A stretch of 64,000 bases of DNA from an uncultured Paludibacter sp. (lineage in GTDB: Bacteria; Bacteroidota; Bacteroidia; Bacteroidales; Paludibacteraceae), in NCBI GenBank assembly GCA_964498765.1, contig CAZCIU010000006.1, positions 8,110-72,109 on the forward strand, written 5' to 3'. Positions 29,192 to 38,286 of this stretch are shown here, one piece after another (position 1 is the first letter of the stretch; the number at the start of each line of letters is the position of its first letter). The position numbers were made by a program, and so were the translations under genes. The notes under the pieces are model-generated. The model saw only the letters and a list, made by a program, of their open reading frames with translations. It was not told the origin of the DNA and ran no database searches.

Positions 29192-30397
29192 TTATCTAAC
29201 TATAATCTTCGTTTCAGAATTATCAACCTGCAAAATGTAAACTCCAGTATTCATTTTCTGACTTGTGAAGTCGCCATTGCCTTTGAATGATTGAATAATC
29301 TGACCATTTAAATTGTAGATGTTTACACCGGACATCACGCCGCTAATCGTCAATTTACTATCAGAAATAGAAATCGGATATGCAAAATCAGCTTTTACTG
29401 CTTCAACGCTGGTTGCCATTTTTTTCCATCTTTCAATTGCAAAACTCATGGTAGGAGTTTCTTTGAACGATGCCTGACGATTGGAAGGAAGATTGCTGCC
29501 GTCTGCCTGGCATTCTTCATAAGCCCAATCTTTTCTGTTCCAGCATTTGAATTCTACATTCGCAACATTAGGAATAATGGCTGAAAATGTTCCATCACCG
29601 TTTTTAGTTGCAGCAATGCCTTCTTCTAATTTCCATCCGCTTCTGAAACTACCAATCAAATAAACGCTATCAGTTCCCGCAGGTACAGAAGTGATATTTA
29701 TCTTAATATCGCCCACGTTCACAGGGTCATAGATGGATTTAAATCCAGAACATACTACGCTTACTTCGTTGTTAGCGCCACCATTACCATAATAAGTAAA
29801 GTTTGCAGTTTGTGTTTGCTCATAAGCCCAACTTGGTCCGGAAGCAAATTTGAATTCCAAAAGTTGTGGATCGATATTTGGAATTGTATATGTGTAAACT
29901 TTTCCATCTGTATCCTGGCTTACAAATGTCATTTCTTTAGAAGGTTGCTCCCAGTTAACAAATGAACCCGTAATGTAGCAAAATAAAGTAGTATTCGGAA
30001 CCAATACATTCACTTTGACATCTCTTGGAGTTTCAGGAACAAAGGTTTTTTTGAAAGAATTTACAACAGCTTTGTCAAAACCTACTGCGCCAAACGTAAA
30101 ATCGGCAGCGGGATCTCCTTGCTCAAAAGCCCATCCTGGACCGGCACAGAATTTATAACCGTAATTGCTTTCAACATTGTCAGGAACAGTAATATCAACT
30201 TCAAAAACTTTAGGAGAATCAGATACTTTCGTCATTTGAGTAGCTGATGGACTCCATCCGTTGAAACCACCGGCAGCATAAACAACCACTGTTTCTGCTG
30301 GAACTTGCACTTTAAGTTTTACTGTTTTTTCAGCATGACTTAAGGTTGTCATGGTAAAAAATACCGACAACAAGATTAAAAAATAGTTTTTTTTCAT
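29192..30397 (-). CDS. T9SS-secreted protein with three tandem ~100-aa CBM-like repeats and a type-A C-terminal sorting domain
   Basis: 401 aa with a signal peptide. Three repeats share the pattern G(G/S)F..W......M......(K/G).(F/Y)...I(P)......(Y/F)KF..GP.WA(F/Y)E. The C-terminus reads NIYNLNGQII...GVYILQVDN. Confidence 0.7.
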   Translation of the reverse strand: MKKNYFLILLSVFFTMTTLSHAEKTVKLKVQVPAETVVVYAAGGFNGWSPSATQMTKVSDSPKVFEVDITVPDNVESNYGYKFCAGPGWAFEQGDPAADFTFGAVGFDKAVVNSFKKTFVPETPRDVKVNVLVPNTTLFCYITGSFVNWEQPSKEMTFVSQDTDGKVYTYTIPNIDPQLLEFKFASGPSWAYEQTQTANFTYYGNGGANNEVSVVCSGFKSIYDPVNVGDIKINITSVPAGTDSVYLIGSFRSGWKLEEGIAATKNGDGTFSAIIPNVANVEFKCWNRKDWAYEECQADGSNLPSNRQASFKETPTMSFAIERWKKMATSVEAVKADFAYPISISDSKLTISGVMSGVNIYNLNGQIIQSFKGNGDFTSQKMNTGVYILQVDNSETKIIVR

Positions 30398-30511
30398 AAG
30401 ACCAATGTTTTTTAATAATTAGTAATTAAGTAATTGAATTTCAGATTTGTATAAATTATTTTAGAAACTTTGCCAATTCTGTGAAAATCGGCAAAGTTTC
30501 AGTTATTTCAG

Positions 30512-32002
30512 TTAGAGTTTTTTCCAATTGCAGGAAGTTAGACTTTTAGCAGGTAGTGTCACATCAAAATGCTTTTTCCCATCATCAATTGTCATGCTGA
30601 TTGAAGTTGAATTGTCATTTTGAAGCACAATTCCATACGTTCCATCCGAATTAAGCGCTGCAGAAGCGAAAACGCCATTCGGCAAATAGCCGGAAGTACC
30701 GATTTTAGTAGAACCGCTGTGTAGCACTTTTGACATGTGTCCGATAAAGTAGAAGTGCGATTTTCTGTCCAAGGTTTTGTAATCGGATGAGCTTATATCC
30801 ACAGCTCCAAAGCAAGTAGTACATCCTCCAGGACGATTTGGACCACGATTATCATCGAGCATGAAATTCCACACGATTACAGCTTTGCAATATCTGTTTA
30901 GTGCTCCAATTCCAATTTCTTTCATAGTCCACATCAAATCGCCATCGAAGGAATAATTCCAGGTTCCAATCGACATTTCTGTAAAGTAAAGATTTTTATC
31001 CGGAAATGCATTATGAACACGTGTAAACTCAGTACTGCTGCCTCCATAAGCATGATAAGCTGCTCCATCAATATATTTTGCAGCCTCAGGGTCAGCATAA
31101 ATATTGATTGGATAACCTTGCTGATCAGGCACATTATCATAATTGAAATTATGATCGAAAACCACAATTTTTGTTTTCAAATTAGCTTCTTTGAATTTTG
31201 GACCAAGAGCATTTTTGATAAAATCGCGCTGCTCTTGCCAGGTCATATAAAGCGATGCTGAATTTCCTCTATTCAAAGGCTCATTCTGAATAGTGATAGA
31301 TTCAATCGGGAAACCTTCTTTTTCCATTGCCTGGATCCATTTTACAAAGTAAGTTGCATAATCCTGATAATATTTTGGATTTAGCTGGCCACTTGTCCAT
31401 GAATTATAAGGCTGTAAATCCACCAAATTATTCACCTTCATCCAGCGTGGCGGCGTCCATGGAGAACCCATAATTTTAACTTTTGGATTTATAGCCAGAA
31501 TTTCTTTCAAAATTGGATAAATGTCACGAACATCGTATGGATGCATAGCAAAATTTTCAATTCCCGGAGTATCACAGCACGTGTATTCATCCAGCGAAAA
31601 ATCTGAACAACCGATTGCTACGCGTATGTAGCTATAACCCATTCCTTTTTCCAGGCTGAATGTTTCTTCCAGTAGCTTGGTTCTGTCTTCTTTAGTCATT
31701 TTCAGAAGATTGTAACATGAAGAACCTGTAATTGCTACTCCAAAACCGTCAATTGTTTGAAATTTTTGATCCGGTTTCAATGTCAGCGTTTTCTCAATAT
31801 TCATGTTTATTCCTTCGCTAAAGTTCTTGGAAACTTTGCTGAATAACATGGTTTTATCGCCCGTTGTAACGTAAGTGTTTACATCCTTAATTGTATCGTT
31901 GTTGTCAGGCGGATTAGGCGTATCAGAGCCACGGCACGCTGAGCAACTTGCAAATACAAAAATAAAGGTTAGCAGATACAGATATATTACGTATTTTTTC
32001 AT
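30512..32002 (-). CDS. Glycoside hydrolase family 30 (glucosylceramidase fold; beta-1,6-glucanase-like candidate)
   Basis: 496 aa. Lipoprotein signal (FASCSAC). Acid/base motif ITIQNEP and nucleophile motif LYFTEMS, with GH30-typical spacing. Confidence 0.8.
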   Translation of the reverse strand: MKKYVIYLYLLTFIFVFASCSACRGSDTPNPPDNNDTIKDVNTYVTTGDKTMLFSKVSKNFSEGINMNIEKTLTLKPDQKFQTIDGFGVAITGSSCYNLLKMTKEDRTKLLEETFSLEKGMGYSYIRVAIGCSDFSLDEYTCCDTPGIENFAMHPYDVRDIYPILKEILAINPKVKIMGSPWTPPRWMKVNNLVDLQPYNSWTSGQLNPKYYQDYATYFVKWIQAMEKEGFPIESITIQNEPLNRGNSASLYMTWQEQRDFIKNALGPKFKEANLKTKIVVFDHNFNYDNVPDQQGYPINIYADPEAAKYIDGAAYHAYGGSSTEFTRVHNAFPDKNLYFTEMSIGTWNYSFDGDLMWTMKEIGIGALNRYCKAVIVWNFMLDDNRGPNRPGGCTTCFGAVDISSSDYKTLDRKSHFYFIGHMSKVLHSGSTKIGTSGYLPNGVFASAALNSDGTYGIVLQNDNSTSISMTIDDGKKHFDVTLPAKSLTSCNWKKL

Positions 32003-32012
32003 GATATTTCAG

Positions 32013-33416
32013 TTAATTGATTTTTTGAACTTTAGTTTGTTTTGTATTCATATCCAGCGTAATTCTGTAAATTCCACTGAATGATGTATCGTTTCCGCGC
32101 CAGTTGCCAACGTTTCCTGATTCATTACTGTTTCTGACAGGAGCTTCTACGGTGTACTGCATGGATGATTCTTCGCCATGATCCCAGCCTCTGTAATGGA
32201 AATACTTGAAGTTTAATGTTCCGTAACCTGTTCCTTCGGTATTATCTTCGTTTTCCAGGTAAACTGTTGCTTGATAAACTCCATCGGAAACTTTTCGACA
32301 AGGTACGTAATCCAGCGGAGTATTCCAATTCCAGCTTGTTGTAGTTGCAAATGGTTGTGATGGACGTCCAATTCCGGTTCCACAAATCCAAAGTGCATCC
32401 GGAAATGCGACAGTTGGCATTGGTTCGATATACAGATAATCACCTGCAATGTGATAATAAGCCTTATACATGCCGGTTTCTCCAAGGAATTTTGCGGTGT
32501 TTGTTCCGGTTACTTCAAAATAATCTGGTGATAAACCATTTGCTAAGTTTGCAATTCCAGTGAAAGTAACTTCTACGTCTTTTCCAAAATAAATGGTTGC
32601 ACCACGGAATTGAGCAGCATCAGCACCAAGTAATGATGAAGGGTTAGCAGTTAAATCTGAATTTACATCCATTCCTGTAAGTGGCTCAAGCAGTTTGCCA
32701 ATTACATCTAACTCAAAATTGATTGCATCAAATGTAACGGAATTAATATTCACGAGTGATTCATCCTGCACGGCAATTGAACTTTCGCCTTGCTTAATGA
32801 TGTCAATAACTCCGTTTTTCATTCCAAATACAATTCCAGACCAATCAACACGTCCAAAAGCCGTTTTCTTGGTTGAAATATAACAATCAAACGAATTAGG
32901 AAATTCGAAACCACTTGCCGAATAAATAAGGTTTGCAGCATCGGTGAGAATTAATTCTCGAGTATTTAATCCGCTGGTAATTGTAGCAGGAATAAGATAA
33001 AGTTTGTTCATCGGCGGTCTATTCCCGACAGTATTATCAAGGATTTGCTCAGCTTTGAAACCTTCCACATTGATTGCTGTAAGGTAAACCCTCACTTTCT
33101 CTTTATCAGGCATTCCTACGCCGAAAGGAATGTGGTAGCGCTTTGTTATGTTAGCACTGTTTCCTTTGGTACGTATAGATTCGGTGATAATAAGTTTGTT
33201 GCTTACAGCTATTTTCACTTCTAATGTCGAAAGTGGATTTGGATCGGTGATATCAACATTTAATGTAATTGAATCGCCGTATTGAATTGAATTCTCCAGC
33301 ACACTTGCAATGATGGTAGGCGTACTGTCCGGATAATGTGTTCTAAATTCAGTATCCTGACAGGCACTTACGATAAAAATAATCGCAAAGAATATGAAAT
33401 AATGTATTTTTTTCAT
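32013..33416 (-). CDS. PUL-encoded surface lipoprotein (SusE/F-position glycan-binding candidate)
   Basis: 467 aa. Signal peptide ends VSAC. All-beta character. It lies between the SusD-like and GH30 genes with gaps of 25 and 10 nt. Confidence 0.5.
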   Translation of the reverse strand: MKKIHYFIFFAIIFIVSACQDTEFRTHYPDSTPTIIASVLENSIQYGDSITLNVDITDPNPLSTLEVKIAVSNKLIITESIRTKGNSANITKRYHIPFGVGMPDKEKVRVYLTAINVEGFKAEQILDNTVGNRPPMNKLYLIPATITSGLNTRELILTDAANLIYSASGFEFPNSFDCYISTKKTAFGRVDWSGIVFGMKNGVIDIIKQGESSIAVQDESLVNINSVTFDAINFELDVIGKLLEPLTGMDVNSDLTANPSSLLGADAAQFRGATIYFGKDVEVTFTGIANLANGLSPDYFEVTGTNTAKFLGETGMYKAYYHIAGDYLYIEPMPTVAFPDALWICGTGIGRPSQPFATTTSWNWNTPLDYVPCRKVSDGVYQATVYLENEDNTEGTGYGTLNFKYFHYRGWDHGEESSMQYTVEAPVRNSNESGNVGNWRGNDTSFSGIYRITLDMNTKQTKVQKIN

Positions 33417-33441
33417 TTTGTCAATTTTTTAAGGATTTGAA

Positions 33442-34953
33442 TTAATAACCCGGATTTTGTACCAAGTTTGTATTTTCATCTAAAACAGGCTGTGGAATTG
33501 GCAGCAGTTCAGATTCTACGGTAAATGTTCTGCCTTGCGGAAGTCTGCCTGCATCACGTTGATTAATCGTGTTCATGGTGCTTTCTAGTTTTCCAAATCT
33601 AATCAAGTCAAACCAGCGTTGACCTTCGAAAGCAAGTTCCAGTCTTCTTTCTAGCAGTATGGCATCCAGCAAACTTTCTTTTGATCCAGTACTTGCTGCA
33701 GTCAAATCAGGCAATCCGACCCGTTTCCTTACTGTATTTACAACTTGAGCAGCTTGCGTAAGTTGATTTTTATGTGCCAAAGCTTCTGCTTTCAGCAATA
33801 GAATGTCTGCTCCGCGTAATTTGATAATGGAATTGACATTGGAACGAATTTTATACATAAAAGGATAATTTTTTGCATCATAATAATTTGACCAGGAAGT
33901 TTCGTAAAATACGATTGACTCGTTTTTACGTTTCATATCTCCGGCATCATCAAATGCTTTAATCAAATCTCGTGATGGAGTTACCCATTTAGCCCAGGTG
34001 AAATAAAATTCGTAATCCAGTAAATCCCTTCCAAACATCCAGGTTACCCAATTGCCACTTCCGGTGAAATACTGTAATTCAAGTATCGATTCAGATGTGT
34101 TTCTGGCTTTTGCATCTGTTTTCGATGCATTTAAGCCAAATAAATCGCTGTAATTACCAACAAGACTAATTCCATCAGCTTCAACTTGTTCGGCGAAATA
34201 GATTACACTGTCAGGATTTTGTACAACTTTATCGGCATATACTTTTGTCAGCAAGGCCTTTGCAACTGTTTTAGAAAGAATAGTTTTATCAGCATTATTA
34301 TTCGCAGGAGCGTGAGTTAAAGATGCTCTCAAGTCGCTAATCACTTGTCTGTAAGCTTCTTCTTGTGTGTTTGCTTTAGGGAAATAAAGCGGATAAACTT
34401 CCTTGATGTTTTCGGCAGTGATTTTTCCGGCTTCTTGTGTAATTACAGGAAAATTTCCAAACCATCTGGCCATATCGTACATCATCATAGCTCTGAAAAT
34501 GGTTGCCTCAGCTTTCCACTGATTTCTTTCTGCAGTAGTCAAGGCTTGATCAGGCACCAAATCAATGTTATTAATTATACTGTTTGCAACTGCAATATCA
34601 CTTAAATAGCGGTTCCAATCGCGTGCAATTACGCTGTTGCTGGCATCTAGATTATTGGATTCAATCGGAACAACTTCTGCTCCGGTAGTTCCTGCATAAG
34701 CATTATCCGAGCGACATTCTGCAAATAGCAAGTAATCCAGATACCAATGCTCCTGATTGCCTGTCATGCGCTGATACATGTTTTTGTAAACCGCTTGAAT
34801 TGCGTCCCGATCTTTGAACTTTATTTCAGTTCCGGTATCATCTTTCGCACCGATTGTATTTTCTGAGAGTTGTGAAATAGGATCATAATCCAAACCGCAG
34901 GATGCAAAAAGGAAAATGAAAAATCCAACTCCTATTTTTAATATCTTATTCAT
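33442..34953 (-). CDS. SusD/RagB-family nutrient-binding outer-membrane lipoprotein
   Basis: 503 aa. Signal peptide ends FASC. TPR-like helical body. C-terminal signature RRLELAFEGQRWFDLIR...PIPQ. Confidence 0.9.
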   Translation of the reverse strand: MNKILKIGVGFFIFLFASCGLDYDPISQLSENTIGAKDDTGTEIKFKDRDAIQAVYKNMYQRMTGNQEHWYLDYLLFAECRSDNAYAGTTGAEVVPIESNNLDASNSVIARDWNRYLSDIAVANSIINNIDLVPDQALTTAERNQWKAEATIFRAMMMYDMARWFGNFPVITQEAGKITAENIKEVYPLYFPKANTQEEAYRQVISDLRASLTHAPANNNADKTILSKTVAKALLTKVYADKVVQNPDSVIYFAEQVEADGISLVGNYSDLFGLNASKTDAKARNTSESILELQYFTGSGNWVTWMFGRDLLDYEFYFTWAKWVTPSRDLIKAFDDAGDMKRKNESIVFYETSWSNYYDAKNYPFMYKIRSNVNSIIKLRGADILLLKAEALAHKNQLTQAAQVVNTVRKRVGLPDLTAASTGSKESLLDAILLERRLELAFEGQRWFDLIRFGKLESTMNTINQRDAGRLPQGRTFTVESELLPIPQPVLDENTNLVQNPGY

Positions 34954-34983
34954 GATTTCAATGTTTTAATAATTCAGATTAAA

Positions 34984-37968
34984 TTAAATATCAAGATTTA
35001 CCCCAAAAATAAAGGAGCGGGTTTGAGGATACGTTCCATAATCTATTCCTTGTACATTTCCGGAATTTCCCCATTGATTGACCTCCGGATCAAAACCAAG
35101 ATATTTTGTAAATGTAAATAGATTGGAAACTGTAGCATAAGGCTGAAGTTTGCTGATGCCTATTTTTCTAAGCAAATTAGAACTGAAATCATACGAAAGC
35201 GTTACATCTTTGATGCGCAAATAGCTTCCATCCTCCACGAAATAAGAAGAGATCTTCATGTCGTAACCGGCTTTTGGAATTGTTGTAATCATGCCCGGTC
35301 TTCTCCATCGATCCACAATTCTTTTAGATTGATTCTTGGCATCGTACATTCCTTCTGATTCAATTCTTGATACATTTAATATATCATTACCATAAGTTCC
35401 TTGAAGAAGAATACTAAGATTTACATTTTTATATGAAAATGTATTGGTCATACCAAATGTGAAATCTGGATTTGGATCGCCAATGTAGCCTCTGTCTGAA
35501 GCATTGATAAATCCATCATTGTTTTTATCGACATACAATAACTCACCAGTTTCCGGATCTACGCCTTCCTGGTCATATCCCCAAAATCCTCCTAAAGGTC
35601 TTCCAGGCATATTTTTTACTGCAAAATCAGATAAAATATCTGTAACTCTGGCATCGTAATATACTTGTTTGAAATCAAGTTTTACGAGCATATTTTTATT
35701 GTGTGAAATGTTGAAATCGGTGTTCCATTTGAAATCGCCAACCAAGTTTCTCGAACTTAAACTCAGCTCAATTCCTTTATTGGTCATTTCGCCTTCATTT
35801 CGTTGAATGGATGAAACAGCTGCTGAACCTGCAGGTAATGTAACCCACATAAGCATATTTTTGGTACGCTTGAAATAATAATCAATGTTCATTGTCAATC
35901 TGCTATTGAACATCGTTGCATCCAGTCCGAAATTGCTTTGAGTTGTTGTTTCCCAAGTCAAATCAGAAGAACTTAAACTTACCTGAGTGTATGTTGGTAT
36001 AGCATCGCCTTGTCCGGGTTTCCACCATTCTATGCGACTAAAATCATATCTTTCCAGGTAAGCATAATCGCCCAAACCGTCTTGATTACCGGTTTGTCCC
36101 CATCCGGCACGAAGTTTTAAGTCATTTAGCCAGCTAAGTTCCGACATGAATTCTTCGGATGACATTCTCCATGCCGCCGAAAATGATGGAAATACTCCCC
36201 ATCTGTTTGCCGGCGATAATTTACTGGAACCGTCGGCACGAACATTCATCGATACAAGATATTTGCTATCATAATTGTACGAAAGTCGTCCGAGGTATGA
36301 CATTATAGCCCATTGCGAAGCAGAAGTGCCGTTTCCGGGACTTATTTTATTGGCAGCATTAAGCGTTTTGATTAGATCATTGGCAAAGTGTGATGCAAAC
36401 TGATAGCTTTGTGACCAATTGGAAACAGTGTAAGAAGTTCCGGCCATTGCTTCAAAGTTATGCAATTTTACATTTTTATTGAATGTCAGGTAATTATCCA
36501 GCATTATTACACGGCTAAATGAGCGATTGTCCTGCGCCTCACCAAACTGACCACGTCCATAGCTTGTTGCAATCGGGTCCAGAAAAGAAGTGTAATTCCA
36601 ATAGTTGATATCTGCTGTAACCGAAGAGCTAAGTTTCAATTCCGGAATAAAGGTAATTACGCTTTTTGCGGTAGAAAGCAATCGGTGGCTGTCATTTTTA
36701 TTGTCTTTGGTACGAGCCAGGTTTTCGAGCGGATGTGTGATGTTACTTACTCCGAAAAATTTATTGTAATAATGTTTTGGATTGTCTGCATCCCAAATTG
36801 TAGCGTAAGTAGGAGTGTTTATTACAGATAAAATTACCCCTCCGCGGTTTGCTCCTGTTCCAGAAATGATATCACCTTTAGAAATATTATTAGAATAAGA
36901 AATATTTCCACTCATAGTGAGCCATTTGTACATTTCAGATTCTATGGAAGTACGGAAATTATAACGTTTAAAGGAAGTGGTATATATTATCCCTTTTTCA
37001 TCTGTATAGCCGCCTGAAAGAAAATAATTTACTTTTCCTGAAGCTCCGGAAGCAGATAATTGGTAGTTTTGTTTTATTCCGGTTGAAAAAGTTTCGTCGA
37101 ACCAATTTGTTTTATCAACTAAGCCATCCGGCAAAACTACAGAAGATTTCAAATCGCTGAGGTATTCTTTATATTCAGCCAGATTGAGCGATTCCATTCT
37201 GCGACTGATATTTGTTACTCCACCATAAGCGCTAAATGAGATTGCTGTACGGTCTTTTCGGGCAGTCGCTTTGGTAGTAATCATTACTACTCCATTTGCT
37301 CCACGTGATCCGTAAATAGCAGCGGAAGAAGCATCTTTCATTATCTGCATACTTTCAATGTCGTTTGCAGAAAGAAAATCGATGTTGTTCATCGGGACTC
37401 CATCCACAACATAAAGCGGATCGTTACTTGCGTTCATGGAAGTTGTACCTCTTACTCGGATTACCATGCCGGCTCCCGGGCGACCGTTAGGTTGGATAAC
37501 TTGAACGCCGGCAGCTTTTCCTTGGATAGCTTGCGCAGCTGAAGTGATAGGTCGCATGTTGAGATCTTCAGTAGAAACTGTTGACACTGCAGTAGTTACG
37601 TCTTTTCTTTTTACGGAACCGTAGCCGATTACCACAACTTCCTCAAGTCCTTTTGCTTCTTCAGCCATAGTGACATTCAGTAAAGTTTCAGCACCCAGGA
37701 TTTTTTCCTGTGGCACCATCCCTACATAAGAAAAGACCAGTACATCGCCTTGATTGGCAGAAATACTGTAATCACCATCAAGATTGGTTACAACGCCAGA
37801 AGTAGTTCCTTTAAGGACCACACTTACGCCTATCAAGGCTTCACCAGTGGTGTCGGTAACCTTACCGTGATAGTTGTTTGCGTTTTGTGCCAATGCGGAT
37901 GAAAAGCCGGTGGTGTACATTAGCAGCAAAACCACAATCGAAAAGATTTTCATTATTTGTGTTCTCAT
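34984..37968 (-). CDS. SusC/RagA-family TonB-dependent transporter
   Basis: 994 aa (an alternative ATG lies at 37953). CarboxypepD_reg-like N-domain (GKVTDTTGEALIGVSVVLKGT), plug domain (DPLYVVDGVPM) and a C-terminal barrel ending in an aromatic-rich strand. Confidence 0.9.
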   Translation of the reverse strand: MRTQIMKIFSIVVLLLMYTTGFSSALAQNANNYHGKVTDTTGEALIGVSVVLKGTTSGVVTNLDGDYSISANQGDVLVFSYVGMVPQEKILGAETLLNVTMAEEAKGLEEVVVIGYGSVKRKDVTTAVSTVSTEDLNMRPITSAAQAIQGKAAGVQVIQPNGRPGAGMVIRVRGTTSMNASNDPLYVVDGVPMNNIDFLSANDIESMQIMKDASSAAIYGSRGANGVVMITTKATARKDRTAISFSAYGGVTNISRRMESLNLAEYKEYLSDLKSSVVLPDGLVDKTNWFDETFSTGIKQNYQLSASGASGKVNYFLSGGYTDEKGIIYTTSFKRYNFRTSIESEMYKWLTMSGNISYSNNISKGDIISGTGANRGGVILSVINTPTYATIWDADNPKHYYNKFFGVSNITHPLENLARTKDNKNDSHRLLSTAKSVITFIPELKLSSSVTADINYWNYTSFLDPIATSYGRGQFGEAQDNRSFSRVIMLDNYLTFNKNVKLHNFEAMAGTSYTVSNWSQSYQFASHFANDLIKTLNAANKISPGNGTSASQWAIMSYLGRLSYNYDSKYLVSMNVRADGSSKLSPANRWGVFPSFSAAWRMSSEEFMSELSWLNDLKLRAGWGQTGNQDGLGDYAYLERYDFSRIEWWKPGQGDAIPTYTQVSLSSSDLTWETTTQSNFGLDATMFNSRLTMNIDYYFKRTKNMLMWVTLPAGSAAVSSIQRNEGEMTNKGIELSLSSRNLVGDFKWNTDFNISHNKNMLVKLDFKQVYYDARVTDILSDFAVKNMPGRPLGGFWGYDQEGVDPETGELLYVDKNNDGFINASDRGYIGDPNPDFTFGMTNTFSYKNVNLSILLQGTYGNDILNVSRIESEGMYDAKNQSKRIVDRWRRPGMITTIPKAGYDMKISSYFVEDGSYLRIKDVTLSYDFSSNLLRKIGISKLQPYATVSNLFTFTKYLGFDPEVNQWGNSGNVQGIDYGTYPQTRSFIFGVNLDI

Positions 37969-38136
37969 GTGTATATAAATTGATTAGAATATTTCCAATT
38001 CAGCAAAGAAATAAATTCCTATTTTCAGAAAGAATCAATTCAAAAAGAAACTCAAAATTCGCATTTAATAATACGATTTTAAGCGCATGGTCAGGTCAAT
38101 TAAAAAAAGATGTGATTAGATCCAAGGGAAGTAGTA

Positions 38137-38144
38137 CAAATATA
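38137..38144 (-). promoter_or_regulatory. Candidate -7 promoter box TATATTTG for the susC-like operon
   Basis: The reverse complement of CAAATATA matches TAnnTTTG, about 170 nt upstream of the susC-like ATG. Confidence 0.2.
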
Positions 38145-38286
38145 CAAAAAATAAACTCGTATTTTCTGAAAAGAAAAAATAGGGCTATTTTGAAAGTGTG
38201 AACATGCTGATATTCAGTAAAATGATGTTTGAAATAGGGAAAGAAAAATGCTGATTTTTGAGAGAAAAAGGAATAATAATTGCAAT

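Noticed and set aside
30464-30500. Hairpin GAAACTTTGCC-N15-GGCAAAGTTTC between the GH30 and T9SS-cargo genes, as a terminator
   Set aside because: The 11-bp stem is real, but on the transcribed (minus) strand it is not followed by a T-run. I treat it as a possible attenuator or processing site rather than calling a terminator.
37878-38201. 107-aa plus-strand ORF across the susC-like 5' end and promoter region
   Set aside because: It has AT-rich, low-complexity sequence, is antisense to the susC-like start, and has no signal or domain features.
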